From positions 1 to 12,188 of the forward strand of contig JAYUEN010000364.1 of the NCBI GenBank assembly GCA_043739185.1: 12,188 nt of DNA, read 5' to 3'. Positions 6,794-12,188 of this stretch are shown here, one piece after another; position 1 is the stretch's first letter, and every line of letters starts with the position of its first letter. Below the pieces are notes generated by a model. The model was not told the origin of the DNA, did no database searches, and saw only the letters and a list, made by a program, of their open reading frames with translations. The stretch comes from Bdellovibrionales bacterium. Lineage in GTDB: Bacteria > Bdellovibrionota > Bdellovibrionia > Bdellovibrionales > JAMPXM01. A program made the translations under genes and the position numbers.

Positions 6794-9700
6794 CTATTCC
6801 CCACCTTGGTTCTCGTCAGCCTTAAACTTAAGATCGAGTAAATGTTTTGTCGGAAGATTCTTTCTCAGCATGCAATACACTATCGGCACAATGAACACAG
6901 TAATTAAGGAGGCGCACATCAATCCCCCGACCACAGCCCGGGCGAGCGGCGCATTTTGTTCACCACCCTCACCATGCCCAAGTGCTGCAGGCAACATTCC
7001 TAAAATCATTGCAATGGCGGTCATCATAATGGGCCTTAGTCGAGTTCGACCCGCTTCGATGACCGCCTCTAAAAGTCCAAGATTTTTCTCAATGCGAACA
7101 TCATTTGCAAAACTTACGAGAAGAATTGAATTCGAAGCGGCAATTCCAATAGCCATAATTGAACCCATTAAAGATTCGACGTTGATTGTCGTCTTAGTTA
7201 GAAACAGCATCCAAAGAATTCCCATGAGAGCTCCAGGCACGGCGACAATCACAATGAAGGGGTCAAGCCAAGACTGAAAAAGTACAACCATGAGTAGGTA
7301 AACAAATACAATTGCAAGCACTAGCCCAAGGCCTAGTTTTTTGAAAGAAGCATCCATAACTTCTGCTTGCCCGCGCACTTCAATTTTGGTTCCAGCAGGT
7401 AACTCCCCAAGTCCTTTAATGCTCTTTCGAATGTCTTTTACGACGGCTCCCAAGTCACGCTCTTCAACGTTGGCAGTCACATTGACAACTCTCTGAACAT
7501 TGCTGTGATTGATAGACGTGAGGGACGAGGAAACTCCGAGACTCACCATATTCCCTAACCTTTGTACTTGAGTCGAAGATTTTCCAAGTGGAGCTAGTGA
7601 GTTTCCTTCTTGATTATTTTCAAGGATACTTCCACCGCCTGAAGTAATTGGAATAGATAGAAGTTCGCTCACTGTACCCATTTGTTCTTTAGGAAGCCTC
7701 ACGGCGACCGAGTAATTCACCCCATTTGCCGGATTTAAAAAGAATGAAGGTGCTAGAGCGATACTTGAAGAAAGGGTAATCAAAAGGCTATTTGAAATAT
7801 CTCTTTGCGAAAGTCCGAACCGCGCAGCGCGATTTCGATCCACCTCAACTTTTATGCTCGGACTATCAAACACTTGTTTGATGCCAACGTCAGCGGTTCC
7901 TGGGATGAGCCGCACGAGGTCCCTCAATTTTTTAGCGTAGTCGTAAGAAACATTATAATTCGAACCTTCAATTTGAATATCAATTGGAGCACTTAATCCA
8001 AAATTCAAAACTTGATTCACAATATCTGCCGACTGAAATGAGACTTTAGCTTCAGGAAATTCTTCTGTTAACATTTGGCGAATTAATTTTCGGTAGATTG
8101 AACTTGGCTTATGTTTTGGTAACAAACTGATTAAAACCTCTGAATCCATCCCACCCACATTGTCGGTAGGAACGAGAATCAAAGAAATACCGAATGGTGT
8201 GCCGAGCATTGAACTGATCGAATCCAATTCATTCGCCGGTATTATCTCTCGAATTCGATTCTCAACTTTTTTAATTATTTCTTCAGTTGCCTCGATGCGT
8301 GTGCCCACGGGCGCGCGAAAGTGAAACTTAATAAGTCCCGCATCACTTTGCGGAAAAAAGTCAGTTCCAATTTGCCCGACAAGATAGGCGCTCACTCCTA
8401 CCATAACCAAAAAACAAACTAAAACAAATTTTCGATGGTGAAGTACGACTTCTAATATGCTCACATAGAAATTTTGAAAAGCTTCGAAAGCACGATTGAA
8501 AATCGACGGGGCCTCTGCGGCATCATGTTTCTCACTCTCAAGTAAAATTTTGCACAAAAGCGGGACCAAAGTTCGCGACAAAATATAAGAAGCAAACATT
8601 GCAAAAACCACTGAAAGCGCCATGGGCACAAACAAAAATCTTGCAGGCCCAGTCAGTAACACGACAGGAAAAAAGACAATGCAAATTGCTAAAGTTGCCA
8701 TGATAGCTGGTAAGGCGATTTGTTCGGCTCCGGCCAAAATGGCTGAAGTCAAAGACAATCCCAAAAGTCGGTTACGATGAATATTTTCAACTTCAACCGT
8801 GGCATCATCTACCAACATTCCAACGGCCAATGAAAGCCCCCCCAGAGTCATGATGTCAATTGAATTGCCGTTGAGTTTAAGTCCAAAGATGGCGCACAAA
8901 ATTGCCAGTGGAATCGAAGTGCAAACCACCAACATACTTCGCCAGCTGCCTAAGAATAAAAAAATCATAAAAGAGACCAAAATTGAGGAAAACAAGGCTT
9001 CGACCAAAACATTCATAATTGCACTCTTAACAAAAACGGATTGGTCAAAACTGATACTGAACTTCATTCCTTTTGGCGCAATCTTTTCTAAGGTGGGAAT
9101 AAAATTGCGAATCGAACTGATAATCGCAAGAGTAGACGCCCCTGTTTTTTTGAGCATATTGAGGTAAGTCGCGCGCCGGCCATTCACACGAACCACATTA
9201 AATTGAGACATAAAACCGTCAGACACATGGGCAACATCGCCGATATTGATGCTGGCACCGTTTATTATTTTAATAGGAATATTGTTGAACTGATCAATTG
9301 ATGTAGGACTTGAATTCATTGATATGTTGTATTCGAGGTTTCCAATGCGTGCGACACCTGCTGGCAAAATAAGATTGGAAGTCTGAAGAGCATTGACCAG
9401 ATCTGTTGACGAAAGGCCCTTTGAAACGAGTTTGTCCGGCTGGATATCAACGCTGACTTGGCGAAACTTTCCCCCGTAGGGTAAGGGAATAGAAAGTCCT
9501 GGAATCGAAAACATTTGAGCTCGAACAAAAATGAAAGCATAGTCAAAAATTTGCTCTTCGGGCATCGAATCACTTAAAATATTCATTTGAGCTATGGGAA
9601 CATTCGCGGCGCTATATTGAACCACTCCTGGAGGTACTGTACCAGGAGGCAAACTGCGCGCAATAGATTGGGCAGAAGCCATCACGTTCGAAATTGCTCC

Positions 9701-10009
9701 GCCAACATCGGCTCCCTCTTGTAAAAAAATCTTAATGATTCCCACTCCAGGAATACTTTGCGACTCCATTTTTTCAATACCGTTGAGAGTCGTCGAAATG
9801 GCTCGCTCGTGAACCAAAACGATTCTACGCTCCATCTCTTCTGCTGAAAGACCTGAATAAGTCCAAATGCAGGCCACTACCGGAATATCTACCGACGGAA
9901 AAATATCCACCGACATGCTAAAAATAGAAAGTGCACCCATTAACAAAATGAGAACGGCTCCGACAGCAATCGTATAGGGGCGACGTAAGGCGAGACGAAC
10001 TATCCACAT
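6794..10009 (-). CDS. RND efflux transporter permease (AcrB/AcrD/AcrF family)
   Basis: 1071 aa. N-terminus MWIVRLALRRP, TM4 motif GMLVDDATVEVENI, C-terminal RLRPIMMT and PLARAVVGG, and two large periplasmic loops. Confidence 0.95.
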   Translation of the reverse strand: MWIVRLALRRPYTIAVGAVLILLMGALSIFSMSVDIFPSVDIPVVACIWTYSGLSAEEMERRIVLVHERAISTTLNGIEKMESQSIPGVGIIKIFLQEGADVGGAISNVMASAQSIARSLPPGTVPPGVVQYSAANVPIAQMNILSDSMPEEQIFDYAFIFVRAQMFSIPGLSIPLPYGGKFRQVSVDIQPDKLVSKGLSSTDLVNALQTSNLILPAGVARIGNLEYNISMNSSPTSIDQFNNIPIKIINGASINIGDVAHVSDGFMSQFNVVRVNGRRATYLNMLKKTGASTLAIISSIRNFIPTLEKIAPKGMKFSISFDQSVFVKSAIMNVLVEALFSSILVSFMIFLFLGSWRSMLVVCTSIPLAILCAIFGLKLNGNSIDIMTLGGLSLAVGMLVDDATVEVENIHRNRLLGLSLTSAILAGAEQIALPAIMATLAICIVFFPVVLLTGPARFLFVPMALSVVFAMFASYILSRTLVPLLCKILLESEKHDAAEAPSIFNRAFEAFQNFYVSILEVVLHHRKFVLVCFLVMVGVSAYLVGQIGTDFFPQSDAGLIKFHFRAPVGTRIEATEEIIKKVENRIREIIPANELDSISSMLGTPFGISLILVPTDNVGGMDSEVLISLLPKHKPSSIYRKLIRQMLTEEFPEAKVSFQSADIVNQVLNFGLSAPIDIQIEGSNYNVSYDYAKKLRDLVRLIPGTADVGIKQVFDSPSIKVEVDRNRAARFGLSQRDISNSLLITLSSSIALAPSFFLNPANGVNYSVAVRLPKEQMGTVSELLSIPITSGGGSILENNQEGNSLAPLGKSSTQVQRLGNMVSLGVSSSLTSINHSNVQRVVNVTANVEERDLGAVVKDIRKSIKGLGELPAGTKIEVRGQAEVMDASFKKLGLGLVLAIVFVYLLMVVLFQSWLDPFIVIVAVPGALMGILWMLFLTKTTINVESLMGSIMAIGIAASNSILLVSFANDVRIEKNLGLLEAVIEAGRTRLRPIMMTAIAMILGMLPAALGHGEGGEQNAPLARAVVGGLMCASLITVFIVPIVYCMLRKNLPTKHLLDLKFKADENQGGE

Positions 10010-10072
10010 AGCTGAAATCCAATTTTGAAATCAAGAGGTTACAAAATTGGATCGGTCAAAAATGTAATGAAC

Positions 10073-10816
10073 TTAAGATCTAGCTAAGCTGGATTTGATC
10101 AATTTAATCAATTCGGCCTCAGCAGTTTGCGAGTAGAAGTGTCCACATTTAATTTCGACGGCGCGAAATTCTTCGGACGTTACTTTTGACCATGCCTGCA
10201 AATCTTCAGCCGTTAGGCTGGTATCTTCGGTGCCACGTATTGCAGTGATCGGGACCTGAAGTGGCAACTCTTCACGAAACTTATAGGTTTCTATAATCTC
10301 CATATCTGCCCTGAGAATTGGCAAAAAAAGATTGCGTATCTCTTCATCCAAAAAGAAAACTTCAGGGACCCCACCATAATTGCGCTGCATTTCTTTTAAA
10401 AATTGATCATCATCTAATTTTACAATGGCAGGAAGGGTCCTTGGAACCTGGGGTCCCGGCCTTGCTAATGCAAAAAAATGTTGGGGCAAATCCTTACCTA
10501 ATTTTCTAAGTGAACGAATCCATTCAAAACCGACTAGGGCGCCAAGACTATAGCCTAATACCGCGTAGGGCCCCTTAATTTCATCTTTGATTGAATTTTG
10601 CATCGCCTCGATCAACAGATCCATATCGGTAAAAGCTTTTTCAAGATGTCTTTCCCAGCGGCCAGGCAACTGGATTGGACAAACATCAGCAACATCTTTA
10701 AATTCTTGAATCCAGCGATTATATATATTGGCGCCACTTCCAGCATAGTGAAAACAATATAGTTTAAGTTGATTCGAAGTTTGGCCTGCATTTATTTTGA
10801 TCCAAGGATTGGGCAA
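10073..10816 (-). CDS. Type II (stand-alone, GrsT/RifR-like) thioesterase, alpha/beta hydrolase
   Basis: Motifs LYCFHYAGSG, IQLPGR, nucleophile elbow GYSLG, LPILRAD, GTED and GHF. Preferred start is TTG at 10816, with AAGGAG at 10828-10823 and 6-nt spacing (~247 aa). The ORF track extends the frame to 10867. Confidence 0.88.
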   Translation of the reverse strand: MPNPWIKINAGQTSNQLKLYCFHYAGSGANIYNRWIQEFKDVADVCPIQLPGRWERHLEKAFTDMDLLIEAMQNSIKDEIKGPYAVLGYSLGALVGFEWIRSLRKLGKDLPQHFFALARPGPQVPRTLPAIVKLDDDQFLKEMQRNYGGVPEVFFLDEEIRNLFLPILRADMEIIETYKFREELPLQVPITAIRGTEDTSLTAEDLQAWSKVTSEEFRAVEIKCGHFYSQTAEAELIKLIKSSLARS

Positions 10817-11037
10817 GCGAGACTCCTTAAACACATTAGAAATTAATTTGAATGACGACATTTTCAAATTGGAATGACTAAAGCAATCGCCTTTGGTCTT
10901 TAAGCTAACCTAAAAGCAGCTTTTTGCCAATGCCTCCATGTCCGTAGGTGATCTTGAGTTTTTTCGAAAAGAACTGAAAAACCCATTAATTTGCTCATTT
11001 ACACAGCAACTTTATAAGATTTAAATAGGCCGGCGGG

Positions 11038-11066
11038 TTGACATAAAAATGTCAAATGGGTATGGT
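11038..11066 (+). promoter_or_regulatory. Sigma70 promoter of tRNA-Gly
   Basis: TTGACA (11038-11043), 17-bp spacer, TATGGT (11061-11066), ending 19 bp upstream of the mature tRNA 5' end. Confidence 0.75.
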
Positions 11067-11085
11067 CCTATCTCTGTTCTTTGAT

Positions 11086-11162
11086 GCGGGTGTAGCTCAG
11101 TTGGCTAGAGCGCGACCTTGCCAAGGTCGAGGTCAGGGGTTCGAGCCCCCTTACCCGCTCCA
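11086..11162 (+). tRNA. tRNA-Gly (anticodon GCC)
   Basis: 77-nt cloverleaf. Acceptor stem GCGGGTG/TACCCGC, D-arm GCTC..GAGC, anticodon arm CGACC-TTGCCAA-GGTCG (GCC at 11120-11122), T-arm AGGGG-TTCGAGC-CCCCT-like, discriminator T, encoded CCA. Confidence 0.97.
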
Positions 11163-11220
11163 ATTGTTAAATCGTTTAGTTTACGATTACCAATTTGGAG
11201 CCTTCATTCATCAATGATTC

Positions 11221-12188
11221 CTATGCTGCTTTTAAGGTAATTTCAAACGACGAGCCTTCGCCCAACTTGGTTTGAATCTTGAGTTCTCCACCCAAGGACT
11301 CTACATTTCGCTTAACAACGTCCATGCCGATTCCGCGGCCGGACAATTCATCAGCTGTATCCTTGGTTGAAAAATTAGGTTGAAAGATCAAATTGATTTT
11401 GTCTTCGCTTGAAAGCTTGCTCGCAGCGTCCTCGGTGATAATTCCTTTTTTGATTGCGCTCTTTGCGATACCGTCAGGATTCATTCCACGGCCATCATCA
11501 CTAATCGTGATTTTAACAGAAGATTCGTTATAAGTAAGTTCTGCCCTAATTTTACCGGTTTCAGATTTTCGATTACTCGCTCTTTCATTTGGCAATTCTA
11601 ATCCATGATCTAGAGAATTACGAATGATATGCATAAGACAGTCTTGAAGTGACTCGAGTTGTTTTGTACCGATAAAGGCATCGCCAACAACTTCAAGTTG
11701 AACCTTTTTATTTAAGCCTTTTGAAATTTCGGCCACCATCGGATCAAATCGTCGGATTTGCAGAGCGATCGATTTCTGAGACAGTCTTCCAACCGCACCC
11801 TTAAGTTTTTTAAACTTATCCATTGGCAAATCACTTTGAAGACTTTTGGCAATGGATTCAAGATCCTCAAGTAGCTGTGGCGCCACAGAACCGCCGCCGA
11901 CCGTACCTGTTCGCTCCGGATTAAACTTCTTTAAGAGATCGCTATAGCGTTGAATGACAGCTTCGATCTTGACGAGTTCTTCTTGTACGGTCTGAATTAC
12001 AACATTGGCGTCACCGAATTCAGATTTGAAGGGCGCCAAATTGGTCTCAGAATTGTGAATTTGCTCAGAGGCCCGGCGAAGTTTATAAAGCCTCGAGTTA
12101 CCTTTTAGCGTATGAAGATCTCGCAAAAGCTCTGCGAATTTAACCGCATCTAAACTTGGGAGATAGGAGGCAAAGTTTGCAAGCGTTC
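11221..12188 (-). CDS. CheA-like (class II) histidine kinase, Hpt + HATPase domains, no CheW domain; 5'-partial
   Basis: Hpt motif RDLHTLKGNS, N box HIIRNSLDHG, G1 DDGRG, F box IFQPNFST and G2 GRGIGMDVVK. The frame stays open from 12126 to the window edge (TLANFASYLPSLDAVKFAELLRDLH), so the true start lies outside the window. Confidence 0.9.
   Translation of the reverse strand, partial: TLANFASYLPSLDAVKFAELLRDLHTLKGNSRLYKLRRASEQIHNSETNLAPFKSEFGDANVVIQTVQEELVKIEAVIQRYSDLLKKFNPERTGTVGGGSVAPQLLEDLESIAKSLQSDLPMDKFKKLKGAVGRLSQKSIALQIRRFDPMVAEISKGLNKKVQLEVVGDAFIGTKQLESLQDCLMHIIRNSLDHGLELPNERASNRKSETGKIRAELTYNESSVKITISDDGRGMNPDGIAKSAIKKGIITEDAASKLSSEDKINLIFQPNFSTKDTADELSGRGIGMDVVKRNVESLGGELKIQTKLGEGSSFEITLKAA

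Noticed and set aside
6561..7277. 238-aa + strand ORF
   Set aside because: Fully antisense to the RND permease/MFP genes. It is a typical shadow ORF with no recognisable motifs.
358..10509. Remaining short ORFs in the track (358-627, 1185-1379, 2028-2222, 3183-3434, 3923-4171, 5473-5718, 5615-5974, 7805-7996, 8799-9167, 9316-9573, 10318-10509)
   Set aside because: All lie within well-supported genes on the opposite strand or in another frame, and none shows family motifs.
10911..10975. Short AT-rich dyads AAAAGC-A-GCTTTT and AGTT-TTTTCGAAAA-G-AACT
   Set aside because: Low-complexity palindromes expected by chance in AT-rich intergenic DNA, with no second copy seen.
10900..10998. 32-aa minus-strand ORF (MSKLMGFSVLFEKTQDHLRTWRHWQKAAFRLA) upstream of the thioesterase
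   Set aside because: No Shine-Dalgarno and no leader-peptide or precursor signature. The length is compatible with chance.
4182..11162. RND cluster as a tRNA-anchored genomic island
   Set aside because: The cluster lies on the 5' side of the tRNA. I saw no integrase, no duplicated tRNA 3' end and no obvious compositional shift.

Overview
A bacterial chromosomal window, most likely from a Bdellovibrionota (Bdellovibrio-like) genome. That assignment is inferred from the porin family and the CheW-less CheA-like kinase, not from a database search. From left to right it contains: (1) the last 40 codons of phosphoenolpyruvate carboxylase (ppc, +), missed by the ORF track; (2) two tandem paralogous outer-membrane beta-barrel genes (-) resembling the Bdellovibrio major outer membrane protein Bd0427/PopA, each with its own sigma70-type promoter, RBS and terminator; (3) a structured ~340-bp divergent intergenic region holding a candidate ~100-nt terminated RNA or attenuator; (4) a type-2 (Ldh_2) malate/lactate-type oxidoreductase (+); (5) a four-gene minus-strand cluster of a stand-alone type II thioesterase, RND permease, membrane fusion protein and TolC-family channel; (6) tRNA-Gly(GCC) with a clear promoter and a 3'-end inverted repeat; (7) the 3' part of a CheA-like Hpt/HATPase kinase lacking a CheW domain. 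I saw no mobile element, CRISPR array or NRPS/PKS. The best leads are the duplicated PopA-like porins, the candidate sRNA/attenuator, and the orphan thioesterase-RND cassette.
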